Shown: positions 8,092-19,875 of the stretch, piece by piece
Layout of the letters: each line of letters begins with the position of its first letter
How positions within the stretch are numbered: position 1 is the first letter of the stretch
From: Gemmatimonadales bacterium
GTDB taxonomy: Bacteria > Gemmatimonadota > Gemmatimonadetes > Gemmatimonadales > GWC2-71-9
Assembly (NCBI GenBank): GCA_041613315.1
Contig: JBFJHJ010000020.1
Location: 1-54,044, forward strand
Reading direction: 5' to 3'
DNA length: 54,044 nt
Translations under genes and position numbers: made by a program
The notes under the pieces: generated by a model
Told to the model about the DNA's origin: nothing
The model's database searches: none
What the model saw: the letters and a program-made list of their open reading frames with translations, nothing else

Positions 8092-10361
8092 GTCAACCCC
8101 ACGCGCGCCATCACCGCCTGGAAGCTGGGGGCGTCTCGGATCGCGTCCCAGAACGGGTCGACGGCGAGAAAGCACAGCCACGCGGCGTGCTCATCGCACG
8201 CCCGCTCCAGCCAGTTGAGGGCGGTGTCGTGGTCGCCAAGCCACGTGTGGACCAGCGCGATGTCGCGCGGGGAGACGTAGCCGCCACCCGGCGCCTGCAG
8301 CTCCTCGAGCGCCGAGACAGCGTCCCGCCGCCGTCCGACGGCTGCGTAGGCGCACGCGAGGGCGGCGAGGTAGGTTTGCTGGCGGCCCGTCCCGCGCGCC
8401 ATCTCCTCGAACTCCTCCAGCGCTGCAGCCGGCCGACCGTCCACGAGATAGGTCCACCCCAGGGTCATCTGCGTCGGTGGGAACGCCGGATCGAGCTCTT
8501 TCGTCCGGAGGAGCTGGTCGACGGCCTCGTCGTAGCGGCGGGCCCAGTAATACTGGAGCCCGAGGTTGGCATTGACGATGAGGGAGACGGGGTCCAGCTC
8601 GAGCGCCTGGCGGACCGTACGGATGGCTTCCGGATGCCGCCCGCGGGCCGCGAGAAAGAAGCCGTACTTCAGGTGGGGCGCTTCGCACCCCTTCCCCAGC
8701 TCGCGGGCGCGCGCGAACTCCCGCTCCGCGGCAACCCAATCCCAATCCGCCCACATGTACGCCACGCCTAGGGTCGCGTGCGCGTCGGCGATCGTGTCGT
8801 CCAGCTCCAGTGCTCGCTCGGCCGCCGCTTTCGCGCGCCCGAACGCGTCCGTCGGCGTGAGCGGTCCGTGGCCGACCCCGAACGAGAAGTACACATTGGC
8901 GAGCCCCGCGTGGGCCAGTGCGAAGTCGGGGTCGAGCGCGATGGCCTGCTCAAAGCTCGCCAGCCCCTTCTTGCTCGACTCGACGGTGAACTTGTTCCAA
9001 TGGTGCTGCCCGCGAAGATACAGATGGTACGCCTCGAGATTGTCCGTGGGGTGCCGCCGGATCCGGGCCTCCTCCGACGGCAACAGCGTGGCCTGGAGGG
9101 CGTTCGCGATTTGCCGGGCCACGTCGCTCTGGATCTCGAAAATGTCCGTGAGCTCCCGGTCGTAGGTCTCCGCCCACCGGTGGGTGTCGGACTGCACGTC
9201 GATGAGCTGCGATGTGATCCGCACGCGTTTGCCGGCGCGGCGAACGCTGCCCTCCAGCACGGCCGCGACGCCCAGTTCCCGGCCGATGTCGACGAGGCTC
9301 TTGGTGGCGTGCTTGTACTGCATGACCGACGTGCGCGACGTGACCTTCAGATCACCAATCTTGGACAACTGGGTGATGATGTCGTCCGTAATCCCGTCAC
9401 TGAAGTACTCGTTGTCCGGATCGGCGCTCACGTTGGCGAAGGGGAGCACCGCAAGGGACTTGGCCGGGGCCGAGACGTCGCCTGACGACGTCACTCGCCA
9501 CGCCGTGTGCGGCGTCTCCGCGCCGGTCAGGGTCGCCGCGAACTCGGCGCAGGTGGGGAACCGCTCCGCCGGATCCCAGGCGAGCGCGCGCCGCATCGCG
9601 GCCCGCACCGGTTCGGGGACGGTCTCCACTGGGCCCGCCGGCGTCCGCATGCCCGCCTGCTGCGCCACGGTCACCGTCGCTAGGGTGTCGCCGGCGAAGG
9701 GCCGCCGGCCCGTGAGCATCTCGTACAGCACGCACGCGAGGCTGTAGATGTCGCTCCGCGCGTCCACGATGTCCGCCCCCGTCGCCTGCTCGGGGCTCAT
9801 GTAGCCGGGCGTGCCGATGGGGATGCCCGCGATCGTCAGGTTGTCGCCGCACGCCTGGCACACCGCCCGGGCGATGCCGAAATCGGCGACGAGGGCGTGG
9901 CCGCCCTGGAGGAGGATGTTCTCCGGCTTGATGTCGCGGTGCACGACGTCGGCTTTGTGCGCGTAGTCCAGGGCGTCGGCGACGTCGTGCGCCACGTGGA
10001 GGGCGTCGTGAACCGGCAGCGGTCCGTCGGCCACCAGCCTCGACCGGAGCGACGGCGCCGAGATGTACGGCATCACGTAATACAGAAACCCGTCGGCCTC
10101 GCCGGCGACGAAGATCGGCACGATGTGCGGGTGCGTGAGCTTCGACGCGATCTCGATCTCGCGGAGGAAGCGCTCGCGCCCCACCTCGTTGGCCAGCGTC
10201 GGCTCCAGCACCTTAATGGCGACCTCGCGGTCCGGATGGCGTTCGCGAGCGAGGTACACCGTGGCCATCCCGCCCCGGCCGATAGGGCGCGCGATGGTAA
10301 ACCTGCTGGCGAGGGCCGTGCGGAGCTCGTCGAGGTACGTTTCCGTGGGTGTCGACATCAT
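8088..10361 (-). CDS. Ser/Thr protein kinase with TolB-N-like domain and TPR repeats
   Basis: IGRGGMATVY, VAIKVL, HRDIKPEN, DFG, GTPGYMSPE; SLAVLPFANVS.DPDNEYFSDGIT; TPR helices. Start placed at MMSTPT, not 11963. Confidence 0.93.
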   Translation of the reverse strand: MMSTPTETYLDELRTALASRFTIARPIGRGGMATVYLARERHPDREVAIKVLEPTLANEVGRERFLREIEIASKLTHPHIVPIFVAGEADGFLYYVMPYISAPSLRSRLVADGPLPVHDALHVAHDVADALDYAHKADVVHRDIKPENILLQGGHALVADFGIARAVCQACGDNLTIAGIPIGTPGYMSPEQATGADIVDARSDIYSLACVLYEMLTGRRPFAGDTLATVTVAQQAGMRTPAGPVETVPEPVRAAMRRALAWDPAERFPTCAEFAATLTGAETPHTAWRVTSSGDVSAPAKSLAVLPFANVSADPDNEYFSDGITDDIITQLSKIGDLKVTSRTSVMQYKHATKSLVDIGRELGVAAVLEGSVRRAGKRVRITSQLIDVQSDTHRWAETYDRELTDIFEIQSDVARQIANALQATLLPSEEARIRRHPTDNLEAYHLYLRGQHHWNKFTVESSKKGLASFEQAIALDPDFALAHAGLANVYFSFGVGHGPLTPTDAFGRAKAAAERALELDDTIADAHATLGVAYMWADWDWVAAEREFARARELGKGCEAPHLKYGFFLAARGRHPEAIRTVRQALELDPVSLIVNANLGLQYYWARRYDEAVDQLLRTKELDPAFPPTQMTLGWTYLVDGRPAAALEEFEEMARGTGRQQTYLAALACAYAAVGRRRDAVSALEELQAPGGGYVSPRDIALVHTWLGDHDTALNWLERACDEHAAWLCFLAVDPFWDAIRDAPSFQAVMARVGLT

Positions 10362-10434
10362 CCTGTCAAAAGCTAGAAGCCCCTGAGAGCCAACGCCAGG
10401 CGGGGCGGCGGCTCGCGGGTCCGAGGGGGCGGCC

Positions 10435-10462
10435 TTGCGTTCACGCCCCGGGGGCGTACCTT
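10435..10462 (+). promoter_or_regulatory. sigma70-like promoter for the small intergenic transcript
   Basis: TTGCGT-16 nt-TACCTT. Confidence 0.5.
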
Positions 10463-10509
10463 GAAGGCCGTCCTGCCCGATCCGTTCACTCAACCAAGGA
10501 GGTGATCCA

Positions 10510-10569
10510 TTGTCTAATCCAGCCAGTCGCAACCTGGTACGGGCAAGCGATCGCCGTCTCGGTAACTGA
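10510..10569 (+). CDS. 19-aa small ORF (M/L)SNPASRNLVRASDRRLGN
   Basis: TTG start directly after a very strong SD; TGA at 10567-10569. Confidence 0.4.
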   Translation: MSNPASRNLVRASDRRLGN

Positions 10570-10642
10570 TCCCGGACCGAATCGCACTCTGCGCCGACTG
10601 ATCTGATGCCGTCGCGGCATCGTCCCAGGTTGCAGAGGTCCT

Positions 10643-10688
10643 GAGCGGCGTCGTCGGGCGTTCGGTCCCGACGGCGCCGCTCTTGCAT
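10643..10688 (+). terminator. intrinsic terminator-like hairpin
   Basis: GAGCGGCGTCGTCGGG / CCCGACGGCGCCGCTC 16-bp stem with one G-U, followed by TTGCAT (weak U-tract). Confidence 0.6.
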
Positions 10689-10754
10689 CGGCCGCTTGAC
10701 ACGCCCCTCGCCCCAGGCCTCAATTTCGACATCCCCCACTTGAGGTAACGATCG

Positions 10755-11393
10755 ATGCCGCTCGTGTGTTCGCCTCGTGGCGTCCTGCCCGTGTGCCTTG
10801 CCGCCCTCGGGATCGTCCCCGGCACGCTCGCCGGCCAGCACCTGCGGCCGGAGGAGCGGCAGGCTCTCCTCACTCAATTGCACGCGAGCCGCGCCCAGTT
10901 CCACAAGGCGGTGGGGGATCTGACCGATGCCCAGTGGACCTTCAAGCCGGCGCCGGACGTCTGGTCGGTGGCGGAGGTCGCCGAGCACATCACGGTCTCG
11001 GAAGACGCCCTGCGCCAGCTCGTGCTGGAAGAAGTCCTGACGGCGCCTGCCGAACCCGGGCGGCGGCGGGAGCTGCCGGCCAAGGCCGACGAGGTCGTGC
11101 AGTTCATGCACGACCGGAGCCAGCGGTTTCAGGCGCCGGCGTTCGTGGCGCCCGCTGGCCGCTGGCCGTCGCGGGGCGGGCTGCTCGAGGCGTTTGACGG
11201 CTCGCGGGCCATGACGATCGCTTTCGTGGACACGACGCGGTCGGAGCTGCACGCTCACTTTCGCGACAATCCCGCCCTCGGGCCGCTCGACGGCTACGAG
11301 TGGCTGTGGTGGCTCGCCGCGCACACGGAGCGCCACCTGATGCAGATCGCGGAAGTGAAAACCCATCCCGCGTTCCCCCGACGTCGAGGATAG
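10755..11393 (+). CDS. DinB family protein (secreted)
   Basis: Signal peptide; QWTFKPAPDVWSVAEVAEHI and AAHTERHLMQI His motifs. Confidence 0.88.
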   Translation: MPLVCSPRGVLPVCLAALGIVPGTLAGQHLRPEERQALLTQLHASRAQFHKAVGDLTDAQWTFKPAPDVWSVAEVAEHITVSEDALRQLVLEEVLTAPAEPGRRRELPAKADEVVQFMHDRSQRFQAPAFVAPAGRWPSRGGLLEAFDGSRAMTIAFVDTTRSELHAHFRDNPALGPLDGYEWLWWLAAHTERHLMQIAEVKTHPAFPRRRG

Positions 11394-11402
11394 CCGCCCC
11401 GC

Positions 11403-11861
11403 ATGGGTGACTCCCCGGACCGCGAGGCGCCAAGTCCCGGCGCGGCCGAGCGCCGCCGCCTGGGCTTTGTGCTCGGTGCGCTCCTCGTGGCGGTGCTTGG
11501 GGAGCTGGCCGTGCTCGTCCTGGTGTCCGCGCCGCTCGCGCGCGCCGTGGGCGGCATGGCGCTGGCCGCGGTGATCGTCTGGCTCGCCATGGGGCTCGGG
11601 GCGGCGCGCGTTCTCCAGGCGCGGAGAGCCAGCGGGCCGATTCGGCGGTTCGACGCCCTGCGCGCCACTGTCGAGGAGTTCCTGGCGGAGATCCGGCGCC
11701 TCAACTGGGTCGCGGTGATCGGCGAGCGCGGTTTCCGCGATCCCGAGACCGCCGAGCGGGAGCGTGGGGTGATCGAGCGGCGCCTGCACCAGCTGGTGGA
11801 CGAGATCCGCGATGCCGCGGGCCGAGAGTCGGCCGGCGGGACGCGGGCGAACGACGCCTGA
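11403..11861 (+). CDS. hypothetical membrane protein (2 TM plus cytoplasmic helical domain)
   Basis: Two hydrophobic segments; 9 nt downstream of the DinB stop, same strand. Confidence 0.7.
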   Translation: MGDSPDREAPSPGAAERRRLGFVLGALLVAVLGELAVLVLVSAPLARAVGGMALAAVIVWLAMGLGAARVLQARRASGPIRRFDALRATVEEFLAEIRRLNWVAVIGERGFRDPETAERERGVIERRLHQLVDEIRDAAGRESAGGTRANDA

Positions 11862-11976
11862 CGCCCGTCCCGGACGACCCACGGCGCGCCTGTGGGCAGG
11901 CCGAACGCGCCGTGTGCTGGCCCGGCGCCTTCCGCCCCGCCATCTTTCCTCCACGCCTCCCACGCCGAGTGCCCGA

Positions 11977-12279
11977 ATGAACCGGTTCCGCTACTTCTCG
12001 GCCGTCCTGCTGACGGCGATCGTCATTTTCTTTGCGCTCCAGAATCTCGACGCGGTCGAAGTGCGGCTGCTGCTCTGGCGGGTCGAAGCCAGCATCTCGC
12101 TGATCGCGCTGGGCCCCTTCCTGGTCGGTCTCCTGCTGGGTGGGATCACGGCGCTCTACTACGCCGCACGGCGGGGGCGCCGCGCGGCGGATGCATCACC
12201 TCTCCCACCTCTCGCGGCGCCGTCGCCGGACGCCCCGCTCAAGGAATCGCGCGAGCACGAGCGGTCGACGGGGCGCTAG
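11977..12279 (+). CDS. LapA (DUF1049) family small membrane protein
   Basis: IVIFFALQNLDAVEVRLLLWRVEASISLI...FLVGLLLG signature. Confidence 0.85.
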   Translation: MNRFRYFSAVLLTAIVIFFALQNLDAVEVRLLLWRVEASISLIALGPFLVGLLLGGITALYYAARRGRRAADASPLPPLAAPSPDAPLKESREHERSTGR

Positions 12280-12452
12280 TCGCCTCGCCGGTCGTCGGCC
12301 GCACGCCATTGCACGGGCGCGTGCGACTTCTTGCTCACATCTGGACCAGGCCGTATGTTGGGCCTAACCGCATTGGTTGTTCTCTTCCGCCGTCCGCCTC
12401 CGGCGCGCGGCGGCTCTGCGCCCTCGTCAGGCTTCGTTTCAGGAGGTGTCCT

Positions 12453-15230
12453 GTGATACGTGGGCTATTCCCGGTATTGATCAGCGGCATGGTGCTCGGC
12501 GGTCTCGCCGCCGTCGGTTCCCAGCCGCTCGCGGCCCAGACCGGCACGATCTCAGGCCGTGTCGTGTCGGCGGAGACCGGACAGGCACTGGCCAGTGCGG
12601 ACGTGTTCGTCGTCGGCACGGTGCGCCGGTCGCTGACCGACGTGGACGGCGGCTTCAGTCTCGGCATGCCGCCCGGCACCTACACCGTGCGGGCCCGGCT
12701 GGTCGGGTACCAGGCGGCGGAACAGCAGGTCAGCGTGAGCGCCGGCGCCACGGCGACCGTGGAGTTCCGGCTCCAGGCCGGCGCGGTCATCATGGACGAG
12801 CTCGTGGTGATCGGCTCGCGCACCCAACGCAGTGTGCTCGAGACGCCGGTACCGGTGGACGTGATCCCGGCCTTCGAGCTGCGCGAGGCCGGCCACACCG
12901 AGGTCAACCAGATCCTCGCCACGGCCGCACCGTCGTTCAACGCCAGCTACCAGACAATCGCCGACGGATCCGACCACATCAATCCCGCGAGCCTCCGGGG
13001 TCTCGGACCCGACCAGGTGCTCGTGCTCGTGAACGGCAAGCGGCGGCACCAGAGCGCGTTGCTGCACGTGAACGGCACGTTCGGGCGCGGGACGGTAGGC
13101 GTCGACCTCAACGCCATTCCGCCGGCCGCCATCGAGCGGATCGAGGTGCTGCGGGACGGCGCCTCGGCGCAGTACGGGTCCGACGCCATCGCCGGGGTGA
13201 TCAACATCGTCCTCAAGGACCAGACGCAGCACATCGAAGCCAACGGCATGGCCGGCGTGAGCGGCGGGTACGCACCGATGTTGAGTACCGAGGGCCGACG
13301 GCGGGACGGTGAACAGGTCCGCACCGACGTCAACTTCGGCTTTCCCTTCGGCGACCGCGGATATGTCAACGTCACGGGCGAGTACTTCAACATCGAGCGG
13401 ACGAACCGCTCCGATCCGTGGCAAGGCGACATCTTTCCCGGTATCAGCGGTACCGCCGCGACCGACGCGGAGCTGACGCGGCTCGGGCTCACGCGCGACG
13501 ACTTTTCGATGAAGACGGGACAGGGCGCGGCGACGGGCGGCATGATCTTTTACAACGCCGCCGCGCCGCTGGGCGAGTCCGCCGAGTTCTACAGCTTCGG
13601 CGGCGTCTCGCACCGCAATGGCGCCGCCACGGGCTTCTACCGGCTGCCCAACCAGGAGGCCCGGGTGGTCCCGGAGATCCACCCGAACGGCTTCCTGCCC
13701 GAGATCCACACCGAACTGCAGGACCGCTCCTTCACGGCCGGGATGCGCGGGGCGACGGCCGGCTGGGACCTCGATCTGAGCGTCACACATGGCGGGAACT
13801 CGCTGCAGTTCAATATCGAGAACTCGGACAACGGGTCCATGGGCACGTCGAGCCCAACGACGTTCGACGCCGGGCGACTGCACTTCACGCAGACGACCGG
13901 CAACTTCGATGCCGTCCGGCTCCTCAACACCGGCGGGGCCCTCCGGTCGCTCTCGCTGGTCTTGGGCGGGGAGTTCCGCGTTGAGAACTACCGGATCGAT
14001 GCCGGCGAAGACGCGTCGTGGCAGCTCGGAAACGGCGGCAGTCGTCCCGGGATCGACTTCGACACAACCGCATCGGGCGCGCCCAAAGAGCCGGGGTCGC
14101 AGGTGTTCCCCGGGTTCCAGCCCTCCAACGAGGTGGATCGGTTCCGCAACAGCATCAGCGCCTACGCCGGCCTCGAGATCCAGGCGACGGACAAGTTCCT
14201 CGTGGACGTGGGTGGCCGGTTCGAGAACTATGAGGACTTCGGGAACCGCTTGACCGGCAAGGTCGCGACTCGCCTCGAGGTGTCGCCCGAGTTCGCGATC
14301 CGCGGCGCGCTAAGCACCGGGTTCCGGGCTCCCTCGCTGCATCAGATCTGGTTCAACAACGTGAGCATCCAGTTCCTGCTCGTCGGCGGCAGCCTCGAGC
14401 CCGTGCGCGTGCTCACCAGCAACAACCAGAGCCGCGTCACCAAGGCGTTCGGCATCCCCGACCTCAAGGAAGAGACGTCGGTCAACGTGAGCGCCGGCTT
14501 CACCGCGCGGCCGCTCAACAACCTCTCCCTCACGGCGGACTTCTACCACGTGAGGATCGACGACCGGATCGTGCTCACGAGCCGGTTCGACAACGCCGAC
14601 CCGATCGTCGCGGGAATCCTCCAGCCGTTCGCCCGGGACGGTGTGGGCGCCGCCCAATTCTTCGCCAACGCGGTGGATACCAGGACCAACGGCGTGGACA
14701 TCGTGGCGGCGTACGAGACGTCTGCCGGGCCGGGCACGCTTACCCTGCAGGGCGCGGCGAACCTCACCGATACCGAGGTCCTGCGCATCAACATCCCGCA
14801 GGCGGTAGCGGACACCTTCGCGGGCGGCGACCTGAACGCCGTCGCCAACACGATCTTCAACCGCGAAGAGCGGAACCGGCTCGAGGACGCGCTGCCGCGC
14901 GTGAAGGGCAGTTTCTCCGCGCGCTACGCGGTGGATCGGTTCACGTTCAAGGCACGCGGCACCTACTACGGCTCGATCGAGTACAAGCCGCCCGCGGCGG
15001 CCGACGATGAGACCTTCGGCGCGAAGACCCTCTTCGATCTCGACGTGGGCTACGAACTCCGCCAGGGCGTGCGCGTCTCGGTGGGCGGGACCAACATCTT
15101 GAACACCTTCCCGGACCGGCACTTGAAGCCGTCGAACTACAGTAACGGCCGGTTCCCGTTCAGCCGCCGCGTCACGCAGTTCGGCATGAACGGGGGGTTC
15201 TACTACGCGCGGCTGCAGCTGACCCTGTAA
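12453..15230 (+). CDS. TonB-dependent receptor with CarboxypepD_reg-like N-terminal domain
   Basis: AGGAGG SD before GTG; GTISGRVV; ELVVIGSR; plug LRGLGPDQVLVLVNGKRRH, IERIEVLRDGASAQYGSDAIAGVINI; barrel STGFRAPSL. Confidence 0.95.
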   Translation: MIRGLFPVLISGMVLGGLAAVGSQPLAAQTGTISGRVVSAETGQALASADVFVVGTVRRSLTDVDGGFSLGMPPGTYTVRARLVGYQAAEQQVSVSAGATATVEFRLQAGAVIMDELVVIGSRTQRSVLETPVPVDVIPAFELREAGHTEVNQILATAAPSFNASYQTIADGSDHINPASLRGLGPDQVLVLVNGKRRHQSALLHVNGTFGRGTVGVDLNAIPPAAIERIEVLRDGASAQYGSDAIAGVINIVLKDQTQHIEANGMAGVSGGYAPMLSTEGRRRDGEQVRTDVNFGFPFGDRGYVNVTGEYFNIERTNRSDPWQGDIFPGISGTAATDAELTRLGLTRDDFSMKTGQGAATGGMIFYNAAAPLGESAEFYSFGGVSHRNGAATGFYRLPNQEARVVPEIHPNGFLPEIHTELQDRSFTAGMRGATAGWDLDLSVTHGGNSLQFNIENSDNGSMGTSSPTTFDAGRLHFTQTTGNFDAVRLLNTGGALRSLSLVLGGEFRVENYRIDAGEDASWQLGNGGSRPGIDFDTTASGAPKEPGSQVFPGFQPSNEVDRFRNSISAYAGLEIQATDKFLVDVGGRFENYEDFGNRLTGKVATRLEVSPEFAIRGALSTGFRAPSLHQIWFNNVSIQFLLVGGSLEPVRVLTSNNQSRVTKAFGIPDLKEETSVNVSAGFTARPLNNLSLTADFYHVRIDDRIVLTSRFDNADPIVAGILQPFARDGVGAAQFFANAVDTRTNGVDIVAAYETSAGPGTLTLQGAANLTDTEVLRINIPQAVADTFAGGDLNAVANTIFNREERNRLEDALPRVKGSFSARYAVDRFTFKARGTYYGSIEYKPPAAADDETFGAKTLFDLDVGYELRQGVRVSVGGTNILNTFPDRHLKPSNYSNGRFPFSRRVTQFGMNGGFYYARLQLTL

Positions 15231-15279
15231 CCAGAGTCGCCGCCGCCGTTCCCGGCGACGGACCGCCGGTGAGCACACG

Positions 15280-15311
15280 ACGAGCCCGGTGCCCTGGGGC
15301 ACCGGGCTCGT
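15280..15311. terminator. hairpin between convergent TBDR and ku genes, probably a bidirectional terminator
   Basis: ACGAGCCCGGTGCC-CTGG-GGCACCGGGCTCGT perfect 14-bp stem. Confidence 0.7.
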
Positions 15312-15335
15312 TCTGCGTCGGGAGGGGACGGCGCG

Positions 15336-16217
15336 TCAGGCGGCGCCGGTGTGCTTCTTGCGCGTGGCGGCCGTCTTCTTCTTGGATGCCGACTTCTTGG
15401 CGACGCGCTTGTCCGGTTTGCGCGCCGTCGCGTCGGCACCCTCGCCGCCCGCAGCGAGGCTCGCCTTGAGCGCCTCCATGAGGTCGATGATCTGCGTCTT
15501 CGGCTCTTCGGCCGGCGCGGTGGTGATCTCTTCGCCCTCGACCTTCCGTTGGATCATCTCAAGAACCCGACGGCGCACCTCGTCGCCGTACTTGCCAGGC
15601 TCGAAGCGCTCGGACGCGGCCTGGCGAATCAGTTGCACCGCGAGTTTGAGCTCCTCCGCCTTCACGGCGCCGTCCCCGAGGGGCACCTCGGAAAACGGCC
15701 GGATCTCGTCGGCGTAGTGGAGCTGCTCCATAACCAGTCCGTCGTCCATCGGGCGCACGAGCACGAGATACTGCTTGCCCCGCGCCGAGTAGCGGGCCAG
15801 TGCCGAGAGCCCCGTTTCCTTCATCGCCGCGCCGAGCAGGCGATACGCCCGCTCGCCGCCCTTGTCCGGGCCGAGGTAATACACCTTGTCGAGGAACAAT
15901 CGCTCCACCAGCTCCGCCGGCACGAATTCCTCGATGTCGATGGTCTCGCTGGCTTTCTGCTCCAGCGCCTTCAGCTCTTCCGTGGTGAAGGTCACGTATT
16001 GGTTCTTGGCGAATTCGTAGCCTTTCACCATCTCGTCGCGCTCCACGACGTTCCCGTCCTGCTTGCAGACGTACTGCTGCTTCAGCCGGGAGCCGCAGTC
16101 TCTGTGAAGCCAATTGAACGAGACGCTCGCCGACGACTCGGCCGCGGAATACAGGCTGATCGGGACCGAGACGAGCCCGAAGGAGATGGTGGCGGAACTA
16201 ATGGGCCGTGCGGGCAT
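15336..16217 (-). CDS. ku: non-homologous end joining protein Ku
   Basis: ISFGLVSVPISLYSA, MVKGYE, IDIEEFVP, YYLGP, IIDLMEALKASL and a Lys/Arg-rich tail. Confidence 0.96.
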   Translation of the reverse strand: MPARPISSATISFGLVSVPISLYSAAESSASVSFNWLHRDCGSRLKQQYVCKQDGNVVERDEMVKGYEFAKNQYVTFTTEELKALEQKASETIDIEEFVPAELVERLFLDKVYYLGPDKGGERAYRLLGAAMKETGLSALARYSARGKQYLVLVRPMDDGLVMEQLHYADEIRPFSEVPLGDGAVKAEELKLAVQLIRQAASERFEPGKYGDEVRRRVLEMIQRKVEGEEITTAPAEEPKTQIIDLMEALKASLAAGGEGADATARKPDKRVAKKSASKKKTAATRKKHTGAA

Positions 16218-16245
16218 GGGAGCGGTATGATATCCTTGTAGGGCC

Positions 16246-18747
<2,502 letters not shown>

Positions 18748-18797
18748 GGGATGGGACGGCCGATGTTGCGGACCGTCGCCGCCCGGTACGGATAAGG

Positions 18798-19457
18798 GTG
18801 GAGCTCGACTTCGACATCGGGAGCGGGACGCGCGTGTCGGCGCTCCTCGAGCGTCCGCCCGGCACCCGCGTGCTCTACGTGCTCGCGCACGGCGCCGGCG
18901 CCGGCATGCGGCACCCGTTCCTCGAGGCGCTCGTCGGCGCGCTGGCGGCCCGCCGGATCGCGACGTTCCGGTATCACTTCCCGTATATGGAGCAGCGGAA
19001 GCGCCGGCCCGATCCGCCGCATATCGCGCAGGCGACGGTGCGGGCGGCGGTGGAGGCCGCCCGGCGCGCCGCGCCGGAGCTGCCGCTCGTCGCGGGCGGC
19101 AAGTCATTCGGCGGACGGATGACGTCGGAGGCCCAGAGTCATGAGCCGCTCACGGGAGTCCACGGCCTCGTGTTCGTGGGCTTCCCGCTCCACGCGCCGG
19201 GGCGGCCAGGCGCCCGGCGTGGCGACCACCTGGCCGAGGTGCGGATCCCCATGCTGTTTCTCCAGGGCACGCGCGACTCCCTCGCCGACCTCGAGCTCAT
19301 GCGCGGCCTGTGCGACCGGCTCGGCCCGCGCGCCACGCTCCATGTGGTGGAAGGCGGTGACCACTCGTTCAAGGTGCCGAAGCGATCGGGCCGTGGGACC
19401 GACGAGGTGCTGGCGGAGCTCGGCGAGGCCGTCGCGAACTGGACCGGCCACTTGTGA
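18798..19457 (+). CDS. alpha/beta hydrolase (KANSL3/Tex30-like)
   Basis: LAHGAGAGM, GGKSFGGRM nucleophile elbow, GFPLH, QGTRD, GGDHSF. Confidence 0.9.
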   Translation: MELDFDIGSGTRVSALLERPPGTRVLYVLAHGAGAGMRHPFLEALVGALAARRIATFRYHFPYMEQRKRRPDPPHIAQATVRAAVEAARRAAPELPLVAGGKSFGGRMTSEAQSHEPLTGVHGLVFVGFPLHAPGRPGARRGDHLAEVRIPMLFLQGTRDSLADLELMRGLCDRLGPRATLHVVEGGDHSFKVPKRSGRGTDEVLAELGEAVANWTGHL

Positions 19458-19464
19458 GGCGGTG

Positions 19465-19875
19465 ATGGCGAACTATTGGATCGTGAAGACGGAGCCCTCG
19501 ACCTATTCCTTCGACGACCTGCTGCAAGAAGGCACGGCGGTCTGGGACGGCGTCAAGAACCCGCTGGCGCTCAAGCACATACGGGCGATGCAGGCGGGGG
19601 ACGACGTCCTGATCTATCACACCGGGAAGGAGCGGGCCGCGGTCGGCCGCGCGACGGTCGCCTCGGCTCCCTATCCCGATCCGAAGGCGAAGGGCGGGCG
19701 TCTCGTGGTGGTGGACCTGCGCGCGGGCGCGCGACTGGCCCGGCCGGTCACGCTCGCGGAGATCAAGCAGGATCCCGCGTTCAAAGACCTGGCGCTGGTC
19801 CGGATGCCACGACTCTCCGTGCTGCCGGCGACACCGGCGCAATGGCGACGCCTCGAACAGCTCGCGGCGGGTTAG
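19465..19875 (+). CDS. EVE domain protein
   Basis: YWIVKTEP..YSFDDL...WDGVKN, GDDVLIYHTG, PVTLAEIK, RLSV. Confidence 0.93.
   Translation: MANYWIVKTEPSTYSFDDLLQEGTAVWDGVKNPLALKHIRAMQAGDDVLIYHTGKERAAVGRATVASAPYPDPKAKGGRLVVVDLRAGARLARPVTLAEIKQDPAFKDLALVRMPRLSVLPATPAQWRRLEQLAAG

Larger units (their letters stand above)
10469..10688 (+). ncRNA. candidate structured small RNA / sORF mRNA with extended anti-16S-3'-end match
   Basis: AAGGAGGTGATCCA at 10496-10509; long-range helix 10529-10541/10621-10633; inner hairpins; terminal 16-bp stem. Confidence 0.55.

Noticed and set aside
10496..10524. 16S rRNA gene fragment on the minus strand
   Set aside because: Only 14 nt match the 16S 3' end and the flanks do not continue as rRNA; better read as an extended SD on the plus strand
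10362..11963. 534-aa N-terminal extension of the kinase ORF (1291 aa in the track)
   Set aside because: Antisense shadow of the DinB and membrane genes and the intergenic RNA; kinase homology starts at MMSTPT (10361)
11892..12452. N-terminal extension of the TonB-dependent receptor
   Set aside because: Overlaps the LapA gene; a strong SD and signal peptide place the start at GTG 12453
12280..12452. Riboswitch upstream of the TonB-dependent receptor
   Set aside because: No recognisable cobalamin, TPP or other aptamer core by eye; a covariance-model search would be needed to exclude it fully
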